From Clostridia bacterium (lineage in GTDB: Bacteria > Bacillota > Clostridia > Oscillospirales > CAG-272): DNA of 64,000 bases. Location of the stretch: contig JAFXAN010000121.1 in assembly GCA_017517035.1 (NCBI GenBank), positions 17,736 through 81,735 on the forward strand. Reading direction: 5' to 3'. Both the position numbers and the translations under genes were made by a program. Position 1 is the first letter of the stretch; each line of letters opens with the position of its first letter. The notes below the pieces were generated by a model. That model was not told the origin of the DNA, made no database searches, and was given only the letters and a program-made list of their open reading frames with translations. Shown in pieces: positions 37,295 through 47,116 of the stretch.

Positions 37295-39265
37295 TCAATT
37301 TTCAGCCCAGTATTTTGCAAGGTCTTCTCTTGAATACATAATAGGATCCTGCATAAGCTCCTTACCGTTTTCAAGATTATAAACAGTTCTGCTTACCCAT
37401 GTTGCAAAATATGTCACATTGAGACCTTCATCGAGCATGCTCTTTATATCATTGAGCATATCGATAGCGGTATAAGTATAATATGTGCTGCCGTCAACAC
37501 GCTTCTTTGCAAGAGAATCGCCGGGGCCCATTTCAGTAAGCGCTGTAGGCTTACCGAGGCTCATAAGGTCGCTATAGCTATTCTTGCTGTTATATTCCTG
37601 CTTTCCGCTTGTATACCAGTCGATACCGACAATATCCACATATTCATCGCCGGGATATGCGTATTTTACATCGAAAGCGCCGTTGAATGTGGTTGAATAT
37701 ACCCATATTGCATCCTTGACGCCTCGTTCCTCTGTGACGATCTTATAAAGATATTTCCACATATCGTTCATAGCAGATGCGCTGAGGCTTCTTCCGCCAC
37801 CCTGATTTGCTGTCCACCAGAACCAATCTGCATTGATCTCATGGAAAGGTCTGATAAGAACCGGAACGCCGTTCTTTGAGAGTTCTTCGACAACTCTCAC
37901 AGAATCCTCAAATGATGCTCTGAATTTTTCATTAAGCTCTGTTCCCTCAGTGAGCATTTCCTTCACAACATCGTCATTTCCAAGATAGCCTCTGTACCAT
38001 TTACCGTCATCGGCATTCATCAGAGGATTTCCCGCATGGATAACGATCGCCATAATACCACCGTTTGCAGCATGAACAGTTCCCTCTGAAACGAGCTGAG
38101 AAAGATCGTACTGAAGAAGCACATCCTCACCCTCATGCTTGAGATTGAACGGACCGAACTGACCAACATCTATTTCCATGATAGCGCAGGATTCGCCTGT
38201 AGCATCAATGCAATTTTGAACTGTTGCGGCAATACCGCTTCCGTTTGTCTGATCACCGTAGGTATGTGTTCCTGTGATCACCATGTCCTTTCGGCTGTCG
38301 GCTTCGGCAAAGAGAGCAAGAAGCTCATCCTTTGTATATGGAATGGTAAGTCCCATTGTTCCTTCATATGTTTGGGCTGCAACATCAAGAGTTTTCGCCT
38401 CTTCCTCCGCTTCAGCTCCCTCTTTATAGCCGAAAATTTCGGAAATAAGATAGTCTGCAGCTGCGTCAACCGATGCAAAGCTTCCCGTAAGATAAACATT
38501 TCCGTTTTCTATCTTAACAGAATACTTATTTACATCAAGAGATGCGGAGCTGACGATGATCTGCTTGCCTTCCTTATTCTTTGTCTTTGCAATCTCAAGG
38601 CTTCTACCGAAAAGCTTGCCCGCAAACAGCTCATTGAGCCTTTCAGCAAGCTTCTTTGTTTTCTTATTATAGTTGATGGTGGAATAATCGCTCTCATCCT
38701 CATAGAATGTGAATTCTGTTATATCCGCGCCCTCGATCGTAAGCTTATCAAAATAGTAATCAAGCTCATAGCTATATGCTGTATCTGTCGGAACAAGTAA
38801 AGAGCTTTCCTTTCCTCTTATGAAGTTGCGAATGAACATATCCGCCGCCTTTGTGAGAGCTTCAACCGAGCCACCGGAAAGGTAAATCTTACTGTTTTTA
38901 GCCGTGATGTTATATTCAGGCTCGCCAAGACTCTTATCAATCTTAAGAACGATCTGCTTTGCCCCCGGGCCGCCGAGATTTGTCTTGATATCAAGCGCTG
39001 CGCCCGCTTTGTTCTGAATATCGGCACGCATTCTGACAACAAGATCTACAACCTTTTTTTCGGCATTATCATCACGGACAAGAGTATATGAAGCAAGCTC
39101 TTTATCCTCGATAAATTCCACAGAGACAGACTCTCCGCTCTCCCCCTCAAAGGTAACTTTTCCGTCAAAAGCCACCTTATTATCGGTCACAGTGCTTTCT
39201 CCGCATCCGAAAAGAGCCAAAAGAGAAAGGACAAGTACAAAAGAAATCAAAATAAATCTTTTCAT
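37295..39265 (-). CDS. lipoprotein: two GH20b-like N-terminal modules plus a GH26 domain (paralog 3)
   Basis: Lipobox LSLLALFGCG. GH26 blocks HAGNPL, LIRPFHEINADWFWW, WVYSTT, DIVGIDWY and ALTEMGP. Confidence 0.8.
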   Translation of the reverse strand: MKRFILISFVLVLSLLALFGCGESTVTDNKVAFDGKVTFEGESGESVSVEFIEDKELASYTLVRDDNAEKKVVDLVVRMRADIQNKAGAALDIKTNLGGPGAKQIVLKIDKSLGEPEYNITAKNSKIYLSGGSVEALTKAADMFIRNFIRGKESSLLVPTDTAYSYELDYYFDKLTIEGADITEFTFYEDESDYSTINYNKKTKKLAERLNELFAGKLFGRSLEIAKTKNKEGKQIIVSSASLDVNKYSVKIENGNVYLTGSFASVDAAADYLISEIFGYKEGAEAEEEAKTLDVAAQTYEGTMGLTIPYTKDELLALFAEADSRKDMVITGTHTYGDQTNGSGIAATVQNCIDATGESCAIMEIDVGQFGPFNLKHEGEDVLLQYDLSQLVSEGTVHAANGGIMAIVIHAGNPLMNADDGKWYRGYLGNDDVVKEMLTEGTELNEKFRASFEDSVRVVEELSKNGVPVLIRPFHEINADWFWWTANQGGGRSLSASAMNDMWKYLYKIVTEERGVKDAIWVYSTTFNGAFDVKYAYPGDEYVDIVGIDWYTSGKQEYNSKNSYSDLMSLGKPTALTEMGPGDSLAKKRVDGSTYYTYTAIDMLNDIKSMLDEGLNVTYFATWVSRTVYNLENGKELMQDPIMYSREDLAKYWAEN

Positions 39266-39279
39266 TTTTCCTCCAAAAA

Positions 39280-40758
39280 TCATTTGTTTATCTTCCTCCA
39301 ATATTCCGAAATATCCTCAAGGTTCATAACGATATCACTCTCAAGAAGAGCCTTAGAATCAGGCATCGTTCCCGTGGAGCGATTATATGTCCACGTGAGG
39401 AAATAGCATATCTTCTTGCCTCGGCTTCTGAGATTTTCGAGAATTTCAAGGAAATCATATCCTGTAAAATTGAAGCTGACAAGCTTTCCTTCTTCATTTC
39501 TCACCGCATATTTACTATAATCACCGGGGCCAAATTCAGTGAGCGCAATGGGCTTATCGGTAGAGGCGAGATTTTCATATGTGCTGTTCATTTCGATCTC
39601 ATAATTTCCGCCCGTGTACCAGTCACAGCCAACAACATCAACATATTCGTCACCGGGATATGCATAAAGGTTGCTTGGTTTATAGGAAGCATCCTTATCG
39701 TTTCCGCTGGGAGAATATATCCAGACCGCATTGTCAATGCCAAGCTCCTCTGTTACAAGAGTATAGAAGAACTTCCAGAATCTCACCATTATCTCTCTTG
39801 AAAGGTAAACATCTTCTTTCTGGTTTATGCACCACCAGAACCAGTCACCGTTGATCTCATGAAGGGGACGGAACATAAAAGGAAGTCCGTTTTGCTTAAA
39901 AGCTTTAAGAAGTCTTATTGTGGGGTCAAGTGTTTCATAAAGCTTTTTATTGAGGTCTGTTCCCTTTGTAAGAAGCTCATCCGCTACCTCGTTGCTTCCG
40001 AGCCTGCCACGGTAGAATACATTATCTGCCGCATTCATCAGAGGGTTCGACATATGGATACAGATGGAGATGATGCCGCCTGCATCAATGAATTTTGCGC
40101 TTTCCGCAACCATCATTGAAAGGTCAAAATCCGAAAGAGTATCAACGCCTGCATGAGGAGGACAGTAAACGCTGAATCTGCCCAAATCAAGCTCAAGAAT
40201 TGCAGCACAGTGACCGCATTTCTCGATGCTATATCCCCAAGTATCACCAACCTGTGATCCATTGCCCCAAGAGCCCCATGTGTGAGTTCCCGAGATTATC
40301 ATATCTCCTCTTTCCTGTGAAAGCTTGAAAAGATCCTTAAGCTGCTCGGCACTATAAGGAACGGTATATCCCATCGAACCTTCAAAGCTATCTTTTTCGG
40401 AAAGATCAAGCTCTCTTCCTTCTCCATCTCCGAGCATTTTCTCGGTAAAATACTCAAAGGCTTTTGTTACGGAAAGGAAATTTCCTTCGATATGAATATT
40501 TCCTTCTGCGATCCTTACAGAATAAGCATTTGCATCGGTGCTATGACCTGATAAAACGATATAGTTTCCGCCATCCATCTTATCGGCAATGGGAAGCGAG
40601 ACACCAATATATTTTTCTTCAAAAAGCACAGAAAGCTTTTCCGCATATGTAACTGTCTTTATCGGAACTTTTGAATTTACCGATGAATCTCCGTCAACAT
40701 AAATTGAAAATTTTTCAATATCCGTACCGCAAACCGTAAGCTTCTTAAAAACACTCAT
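39280..40758 (-). CDS. GH26-family protein with one N-terminal module and no signal peptide (paralog 4)
   Basis: Starts MSVFKKLTVCGTDIEKFSIY after a GGAGAAGAG Shine-Dalgarno. GH26 blocks HMSNPL, MFRPLHEINGDWFWW, WIYSPS, DVVGCDWY and ALTEFGP. Confidence 0.8.
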   Translation of the reverse strand: MSVFKKLTVCGTDIEKFSIYVDGDSSVNSKVPIKTVTYAEKLSVLFEEKYIGVSLPIADKMDGGNYIVLSGHSTDANAYSVRIAEGNIHIEGNFLSVTKAFEYFTEKMLGDGEGRELDLSEKDSFEGSMGYTVPYSAEQLKDLFKLSQERGDMIISGTHTWGSWGNGSQVGDTWGYSIEKCGHCAAILELDLGRFSVYCPPHAGVDTLSDFDLSMMVAESAKFIDAGGIISICIHMSNPLMNAADNVFYRGRLGSNEVADELLTKGTDLNKKLYETLDPTIRLLKAFKQNGLPFMFRPLHEINGDWFWWCINQKEDVYLSREIMVRFWKFFYTLVTEELGIDNAVWIYSPSGNDKDASYKPSNLYAYPGDEYVDVVGCDWYTGGNYEIEMNSTYENLASTDKPIALTEFGPGDYSKYAVRNEEGKLVSFNFTGYDFLEILENLRSRGKKICYFLTWTYNRSTGTMPDSKALLESDIVMNLEDISEYWRKINK

Positions 40759-40774
40759 TTCTCTTCTCCGTTTC

Positions 40775-42190
40775 TTATTTTTTCCAAAATTTTGACATAA
40801 TGTCATCACGCGTCAGGATCAGATCATCTTTCATAAGAACATCTCCATCTCCAAGTCCCGCAATTGAGCCTTTCCCCGTCCATGTAAGAAAATATGATAT
40901 CTTGAAGCCATCCGAGAGCATTCTCTTCATGGATGATAACAGATCAAGGCACGTCCAATTATAGCCGATGATCTTTCCTTCCTCATTCTTTATCGCAAGA
41001 GGACCGCCCGATGCGGGGCCTACCTCGGTAAGCGCACTTATCTTACCCGTTGACATGACGCCCGAATAAGAATTATTATTATTCACCTCATAATTTCCGC
41101 ATGTATACCAATCACAGCCAACGATATCAACATATTCGTCACCTGGATAAGCATAGAGAACATCAGCACAGCTTCCTGTATTATAGTTTGGCGAATAGAC
41201 CCAAAGAACATCCTTTATATCAAGCTCATCAGAAACAACCTTATAAAAGAATTTCCAGAATTCAGCCATTGTTTCTCTTTGCAGCTTTATATCGCCGCCT
41301 TGATTCACACACCACCAGAACCATCCGCCATTCATCTCATGAAGAGGTCTGAACATAAACGGTATACCGTTCTGCTTCAATGCTTTAAGAAGCATAAATG
41401 TGGATTCAAGAGTTTTGCGAAGTGCGCCATGAAGCTCGGTTCCCTCTGTGAGCATTTCTCTTGCAAGCTCATCGCTTCCAAGCTTTCCTCTGTACCAAAC
41501 CTTATCTTTTGCATTATTCAAGGGATTTGACATATGGATGCAAACCGATATGATGCCACCCTTTGAAGCATGCTCAAGGCATTCTGAAACATAAACAGAA
41601 AGATCATATGGGCTGATTGTATCGCCCTTATAATAAAAGTCAAAATAAACGCTGTGAAGTCCGAGATCAATCTCGATGATTGCGGGAAATTCACCGCATT
41701 TCTCCTTTGTCTGAAGAAGCGTTGAGCCGATCTTTCCCTGCTCTTTTCCCACCTGATATGCGTGAGTTCCGGAAATTATCATTTTGTCGCTCTCGGATGC
41801 AGTCTCAAAAAGCCTGTAAAGATCATCCTTGTTATAAGGAACACCAAGCTCAAGCGAGCCGCTGAAGGAATCTCCCTCACAAAGATCAGACTTTTCTTCG
41901 ATCAGCTTCAAAAATCCTTCAAATGCTCTATCCACCGAAAGGAAGCTTCCGCCGATCTCGATTTTCATTTCCGAAATTTTGACCGAATATGAATTTACAT
42001 CGGTGGATGAGGCTGAAACAACTATATATTTTCCATCTCCCATCTCCTCGGAGATCGTGAGTGAAAGCAGCTCTGAAAGCTTTTCGGCACATACCTTTGA
42101 TTTGATCACTTTATTATCGCAGCTGATCTTGTCTGCGCAATATACGGAAAATTCTCGGATATCAAAACCGCAAACAGTTATGTTTTTCAT
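40775..42190 (-). CDS. GH26-family protein with one N-terminal module and no signal peptide (paralog 5)
   Basis: Starts MKNITVCGFDIREFSVY after a GGAGG Shine-Dalgarno. GH26 blocks HMSNPL, MFRPLHEMNGGWFWW, WVYSPN, DIVGCDWY and ALTEVGP. Confidence 0.8.
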   Translation of the reverse strand: MKNITVCGFDIREFSVYCADKISCDNKVIKSKVCAEKLSELLSLTISEEMGDGKYIVVSASSTDVNSYSVKISEMKIEIGGSFLSVDRAFEGFLKLIEEKSDLCEGDSFSGSLELGVPYNKDDLYRLFETASESDKMIISGTHAYQVGKEQGKIGSTLLQTKEKCGEFPAIIEIDLGLHSVYFDFYYKGDTISPYDLSVYVSECLEHASKGGIISVCIHMSNPLNNAKDKVWYRGKLGSDELAREMLTEGTELHGALRKTLESTFMLLKALKQNGIPFMFRPLHEMNGGWFWWCVNQGGDIKLQRETMAEFWKFFYKVVSDELDIKDVLWVYSPNYNTGSCADVLYAYPGDEYVDIVGCDWYTCGNYEVNNNNSYSGVMSTGKISALTEVGPASGGPLAIKNEEGKIIGYNWTCLDLLSSMKRMLSDGFKISYFLTWTGKGSIAGLGDGDVLMKDDLILTRDDIMSKFWKK

Positions 42191-42207
42191 TAAAGAAGCC
42201 TCCGTTT

Positions 42208-44208
42208 TTATTTTTCGGAATTCCATCTTTCCATAAGGTCTTCTCTTGAAACAACGATATCATCATACATGAGAACATCTGCCATTCCAAGCTCTGCTAT
42301 AGAGAGTTTATTAGTCCATGTGAGGAAATAGCTGACTTTCATGCCGTCCTTTGCCATGCGCTTGATGGACGCAAGAAGATCCTCATTTGTCCAGAGATAA
42401 TATGTGTTACCCTCCGCATCGGTTGCAGCAAGACCGCCGCCCGAAACAGGGCCGACCTCGGTAAGTGCAGCAGGCTTGCCTGTTGACATCACCTTGGTAT
42501 ATGAATCCTTGTTATTTATTTCATAGTTACCGTTTGTATACCAGTCACATCCGACGATGTCAACATATTCGTCGCCGGGATAAGCATAAAGAACATCTGC
42601 GATAGAACCCGAATTATAGTTCGGGGCATATACCCAGATAGCATCTTCAATTCCCATTTCTTCTGTTACAACCTTATAGAAGAACTTCCAAAAATCAGCC
42701 ATTGTCTCCTGGGAAAGGTTGAACCCGCCCTGACCGACGCACCACCAGAACCAGCCACCGTTCATCTCATGGAGCGGTCTGAACATAAAGGGGATTCCGT
42801 TATCGTCAAGTGCTTTAATGAGCATGAATGTGGATTCAAGGGTCTTGCGGAGTGCCTTATTCATCTCGGTGCCGTCCGTGAGCATATCCTTTGCCATCGC
42901 TTCACTATCGAGATGACCTCTGTACCAAACCTTATCCTCTGCATTGTTAAGAGGATTTGCCATGTGAATACAAACGCTGACGATACCGCCGTTTGATACA
43001 TGCTCCGCACATTCAGCCACATTTGCTGAAAGGTCATAGGGAGAAATTGTATCGCCCTTGCTATAAAAATCATAATAGACACTGTGACGACCGATATCTA
43101 CCTCAATGATAGCAGGGCTTTGACCTCCGCTTGCCTCATAAACCGCATCAACCGTCGAAGCTACCCAGCTCTTGCCCTTAAAGCCCTTATAGGCATGAGT
43201 TCCCGAAATCACCATTTCATCATTCTCATAGGCCTCTGCGAAAAGGTCAAGAAGATCCTGCTTTGTATAAGGAACTGTATAATTCAGCGAGCCTTCGATA
43301 TTATTCTTTGCATCAATGGAAAGCGTGTCTCCGCTATGCGCTCTATCCTCGGTATAGCCGAGAATTTCGGTCAAAAATGCGTCATAAGCATTATTTACCG
43401 TTGTGAAGCTACCATCAATATAGACATTTCCGTTTTCTATTTTTACAGAATATCCGTCGGGATCAATATTTGATGCGGTGAGGACGATATAATGCCCATC
43501 GCCCATCTCTTCTGCAACGGGAATATCAATTCCAACAAGCTTTTCCTTCATCAGAAGAGAAAGCTCCTCAGCCATTTTATGAGTTTTTATGTTGGAATGG
43601 TCGACTGTGACCTTATCTGTGCAATAAACAGAAAACTCGGAAATATCAACACCGTCAATTGTAAGCTTATCGAAAATAAAGCTTTTAAGGAAAGTATATC
43701 CCTCGTCGGCCGGAACAAGAATAGATTTATTCTCTCCGTAAATAAAGCATTTGACAAACAGCGCTGCTGCCTCACCCAGTGCCTCATCCGAGCCACCGAG
43801 AATATAAATCTTTCCGTTTTTCTCTGCGATCTTGAAATCATAATATCCAAGTCCCTCTGAAAGCGAAGATGAGTTTGCGTCCTTTGTCACGCCAACAACG
43901 ATCTCCTTAGATGAGCTTCCGCTTGCATTCCAGTCGGTAACAAGATCAAGCTTAATGCCTGTTTTTTCAAGAACAGCCATTCTGATCTCAGTTGCAGCAT
44001 TCTTGACAGCATCTCTTTCAGTGTCGGAGCGGATGATTCTATATGAGGAAACATCGATATCCTCATTCACATCAATATCCGCCTTTTCACCGTTAAGATC
44101 TGTAAGAGTTATTGTTGCATCCGATGTGGGTGCGCTGATGCTTTCTCCGCATGATATGAGAACCAAAGCCAAAACAGATATAAAAACTAAACAAACCAAT
44201 CTTTTCAC
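42208..44208 (-). CDS. lipoprotein: two GH20b-like N-terminal modules plus a GH26 domain (paralog 6)
   Basis: GTG start after a GGAGGTG Shine-Dalgarno. Lipobox LALVLISCG. GH26 blocks HMANPL, MFRPLHEMNGGWFWW, WVYAPN, DIVGCDWY and ALTEVGP. The catalytic domain is very similar to that of paralog 5. Confidence 0.8.
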   Translation of the reverse strand: MKRLVCLVFISVLALVLISCGESISAPTSDATITLTDLNGEKADIDVNEDIDVSSYRIIRSDTERDAVKNAATEIRMAVLEKTGIKLDLVTDWNASGSSSKEIVVGVTKDANSSSLSEGLGYYDFKIAEKNGKIYILGGSDEALGEAAALFVKCFIYGENKSILVPADEGYTFLKSFIFDKLTIDGVDISEFSVYCTDKVTVDHSNIKTHKMAEELSLLMKEKLVGIDIPVAEEMGDGHYIVLTASNIDPDGYSVKIENGNVYIDGSFTTVNNAYDAFLTEILGYTEDRAHSGDTLSIDAKNNIEGSLNYTVPYTKQDLLDLFAEAYENDEMVISGTHAYKGFKGKSWVASTVDAVYEASGGQSPAIIEVDIGRHSVYYDFYSKGDTISPYDLSANVAECAEHVSNGGIVSVCIHMANPLNNAEDKVWYRGHLDSEAMAKDMLTDGTEMNKALRKTLESTFMLIKALDDNGIPFMFRPLHEMNGGWFWWCVGQGGFNLSQETMADFWKFFYKVVTEEMGIEDAIWVYAPNYNSGSIADVLYAYPGDEYVDIVGCDWYTNGNYEINNKDSYTKVMSTGKPAALTEVGPVSGGGLAATDAEGNTYYLWTNEDLLASIKRMAKDGMKVSYFLTWTNKLSIAELGMADVLMYDDIVVSREDLMERWNSEK

Positions 44209-44313
44209 TTATCGACACCTCCGTTATTATGTTAATTATACATTACCATCCACAAAAAAACAAGCAGATTTGAACAAAAAAACGATTTAAAACATCTACT
44301 TTTTGTTTATTTA

Positions 44314-44342
44314 ATTATACATCCGAAAAAAGACAATTTCAA
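44314..44342 (-). promoter_or_regulatory. promoter candidate for the paralog 6-5-4-3 operon (TTGAAA-17-TATAAT)
   Basis: Complement of 44337-44342 and of 44314-44319, with a 17-nt spacer. Confidence 0.45.
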
Positions 44343-44384
44343 GAGCCGATTGAATGCAATAATATAAATAATCAACACTAAAAA

Positions 44385-44412
44385 ACAGAACCCAGCAAAA
44401 GCTCGGTTCTGT
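44385..44412 (-). terminator. rho-independent terminator after the sugar phosphate isomerase gene
   Basis: 8-bp stem ACAGAACC/GGTTCTGT followed by TTTTTT on the minus strand. Confidence 0.6.
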
Positions 44413-44419
44413 AAAAATT

Positions 44420-45298
44420 TTATTTTTCTATTCTGTCTATCATAACTCTTCCGGTTTCACACATAAAGCGAAGCCCTGCCGGAAGCAATTCATCAGGCAT
44501 TCTGATAAGGAAACTCGATGCTTCAAAGGTGAAATCACCGTCATAATCAATATCTTTGAGTGCACTTAGAACAGCATCCCAATCAATCTTTGAAAGATAA
44601 GGAAGAGTATGAAGATCGGAATGACCGTCAACATCATGAACATGAAGAGCCTTCAGTCTGTCATGACCGAGAGCGTAAATTATATCCTCTACCTTTTCAT
44701 CTACAAGTGCTGCGTGACCAACATCAAGGCAAGCGATAAGATATGGACTGCCGATACTGTCAATATAATCAACAAATTCATCGGGAGAAGCGCAGGTGCT
44801 GTGAACGATTTTGTCAAATCTTGAATCGTGCTGCCACATATTTTCACAAGCAACTCTTATATTGTATTTCTCCGCAAAAGGAAGCAGTCTGCGATAAAAA
44901 TCAATATTTATATCCTTGAGGATCTCCGGGTTTCCCTTCTCGGCATAGGTAAGGTGCTGGCAAGGATGAACAACGATATCACCGGCTCCAAGAATTGATG
45001 CGCACTCCATCGCACGAACTATAAGATCGAATCTGTCCGCATCCTTCTGGGGATCACCGAAGCTTGATCCGAAGGGGGCATGAGCCTGATTGCATTTGAT
45101 TCTGATCTTATCGGCATAGGCACGAAGCTCCTTTGCGTATTCAAGATATCCTTCACTGTAAAAAGGATTTTCATCCACATTCTGATTGTCAAAAAAGGAC
45201 ATATCATATGCATCAAATCCGGCATCAGCGATCATTTCTATGGCCTTTTTATGACCGAATTTTCTGGCTAAAAAGCTTGTGTTTGTTGACAAAATCAT
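44420..45298 (-). CDS. xylose isomerase-like TIM-barrel sugar phosphate isomerase/epimerase
   Basis: 292 aa. The CENM, LDVGHA and HVHD metal-ligand blocks are typical of the AP_endonuc_2 family. Confidence 0.75.
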   Translation of the reverse strand: MILSTNTSFLARKFGHKKAIEMIADAGFDAYDMSFFDNQNVDENPFYSEGYLEYAKELRAYADKIRIKCNQAHAPFGSSFGDPQKDADRFDLIVRAMECASILGAGDIVVHPCQHLTYAEKGNPEILKDINIDFYRRLLPFAEKYNIRVACENMWQHDSRFDKIVHSTCASPDEFVDYIDSIGSPYLIACLDVGHAALVDEKVEDIIYALGHDRLKALHVHDVDGHSDLHTLPYLSKIDWDAVLSALKDIDYDGDFTFEASSFLIRMPDELLPAGLRFMCETGRVMIDRIEK

Positions 45299-45426
45299 GT
45301 TATTTCTCCTTTAATTTCCGTGATTCTATTCAATTTTACAACAAAATGTCCCCATTGTCAATAGATTTTCTGAAAAAGTATTTACATATGCAAAAAAATA
45401 TTGTATAATAAGGAAGAGGTGATAAG

Positions 45427-46191
45427 ATGGAATTCAAGGATCTGAGAGTAAAAAACATAGGGGCTGTTCTCTATCATAACACTAAAAATGCCAAGTGGAA
45501 AGAGGATAGAAAAAAATATTCAACCCTTCAAATCAAGATAAAAGGAAAAGCCATTCATGATTTTGGAGACAGGAAGATCGTTGCCACCGACAACTGCATA
45601 TATTTTTTAAACCAATATGAAGACAATGATGTTCAGACCTTTGCATGCGACACCGATGTTTCATCAATTGCCGTTTCCTTTACGACCTATGAGCCGATTG
45701 AAACACCGAGCTTTTGCATAAAACTCAATAATATCACCGAATGTGTCAATCTCTTCAACAAGATGAAAACACAAAGGGCACTTTCAGACAGAGGAGATGC
45801 CATGGCTCTCAGCTATTTTTACAGACTCTGCGCAATTTTTGAGGAGCACAGGCAAAAAGAATATTCTCCGAGAGATCCGAGAATGATCGCAGCAAAGGAA
45901 TATATTGATCTTCATTTTGAGCAAAAGGACTGTCTTGACAGATCTGCTGATGAAAGCAAGATATCCCGCAGAAGATTCAATGAGCTCTTCAAAAAGCAAT
46001 TCGGAACAACACCGAATAAATATTTGACAACCAAAAGAATAGAAAACGCTATAATTCTTCTTACTGAACACAAAATTTCAATATCGGAAATCTCTGATAT
46101 GTGCGGATTTGGAGATGTTTATTATTTCAGCAAGGTGTTTAAGGCTGAAACGGGTTACACTCCGGGAAAATACAAGAAAATATATAACTGA
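45427..46191 (+). CDS. AraC family transcriptional regulator
   Basis: C-terminal double HTH (ISEISDMCGFGDVYYFSKVFKAETGYTPGKY) with an N-terminal cupin-like sensor. Confidence 0.85.
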   Translation: MEFKDLRVKNIGAVLYHNTKNAKWKEDRKKYSTLQIKIKGKAIHDFGDRKIVATDNCIYFLNQYEDNDVQTFACDTDVSSIAVSFTTYEPIETPSFCIKLNNITECVNLFNKMKTQRALSDRGDAMALSYFYRLCAIFEEHRQKEYSPRDPRMIAAKEYIDLHFEQKDCLDRSADESKISRRRFNELFKKQFGTTPNKYLTTKRIENAIILLTEHKISISEISDMCGFGDVYYFSKVFKAETGYTPGKYKKIYN

Positions 46192-46196
46192 AAAGG

Positions 46197-46211
46197 TCGG
46201 GCAATGCCCGA
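46197..46211 (+). terminator. short hairpin terminator after the AraC gene
   Basis: Stem TCGGGC/GCCCGA with a 3-nt loop, followed by TCTTTTC. Confidence 0.45.
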
Positions 46212-46360
46212 TCTTTTCAGTTCAGACTGTCGAAAAAGCTGTAATACCACAAGTAGATAATAGTAAGAATAAAAAAGTTAAAAATAAGAGAAAAAATTCA
46301 AAAAGAAGCACAAGGCAATCTAAAGGAAAGCCTTGTGCTTACTTGTTTTTTCCGACCTTT

Positions 46361-47116
46361 TCAGTTCCTTTTATACAAAAAGCTCTGTCCTCTTTTTTCA
46401 TTGGTCTTCTCAATAAACCCAAGACGGCAAAGAATTTTGAGAGCCGCATATCCACCATATGTGCGGATTCCCGATGCCTTCATATATTCACTTGCGGTAA
46501 AATTATCCCCAAGAGCTTCAGGCAGAAATTCAAGATAATCCTCTGCCCTGCCGTACACCTTTTCATCAATCAGACCAAGCGGCATCCTCTGATATCTCCT
46601 TGATCCTCGCTTTTTATCTGCACTCCAGCCGCAAAGAAAACGATATTCTTCCTCCTCGAGCAGTAAAAATGTTATCTTTAAACGCTCGTTTCCGAGAAAG
46701 TCGCATAGAAACAGCCAGTCACGCATAACATCCTTTGGCAAAGTCTTTTTGCTTGACTTTCTTCTCGACCTTATCTCACCGCTATCAGGGTCTATCCATA
46801 TGCACCATTTTATATACGGCAACGGTCTGATAATGTTTATAGAATAATCTGTTTCCTCAAGATAATATTTAATCTTTTCCTTCATCGGAAAAAAGCTTCC
46901 CGTCTGTATCTCATAGATCTCGTTTTCTCTCAAAACATCGGCAACATATGGTCCTATCGCCCTCTCATGCATGGTTTCATCCTCCTCAATAAATTTTTTG
47001 AGGATCTGATGAAGCCTTTTTTCTTTATATGTTCCGATATTTTCTCCGTCCCGTCGCTCGGAGAGTATATTTTCTCTTATGCAAAGCTCAAAGCGCAACT
47101 TATCAGACTCTATCAT
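46361..47116 (-). CDS. hypothetical protein with a PD-(D/E)xK-like (CoiA-like D...EIQ) core and a C-terminal winged-helix-like tail
   Basis: YVADVLRENEIYEIQTGSF...KEKIKYYL resembles the CoiA-type nuclease core. The C-terminus (YGGYAALKILCRLGFIEK) looks like a wHTH. An ATGA overlap links it to the upstream ABC gene. Confidence 0.35.
   Translation of the reverse strand: MIESDKLRFELCIRENILSERRDGENIGTYKEKRLHQILKKFIEEDETMHERAIGPYVADVLRENEIYEIQTGSFFPMKEKIKYYLEETDYSINIIRPLPYIKWCIWIDPDSGEIRSRRKSSKKTLPKDVMRDWLFLCDFLGNERLKITFLLLEEEEYRFLCGWSADKKRGSRRYQRMPLGLIDEKVYGRAEDYLEFLPEALGDNFTASEYMKASGIRTYGGYAALKILCRLGFIEKTNEKRGQSFLYKRN

Noticed and set aside
46109-46603. 164-aa plus-strand ORF spanning the AraC / nuclease-like intergenic region
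   Set aside because: It overlaps the 3' end of the AraC gene out of frame, crosses two terminator hairpins and then runs antisense into the 46361-47116 gene. It is Lys/Arg-rich and low in complexity.
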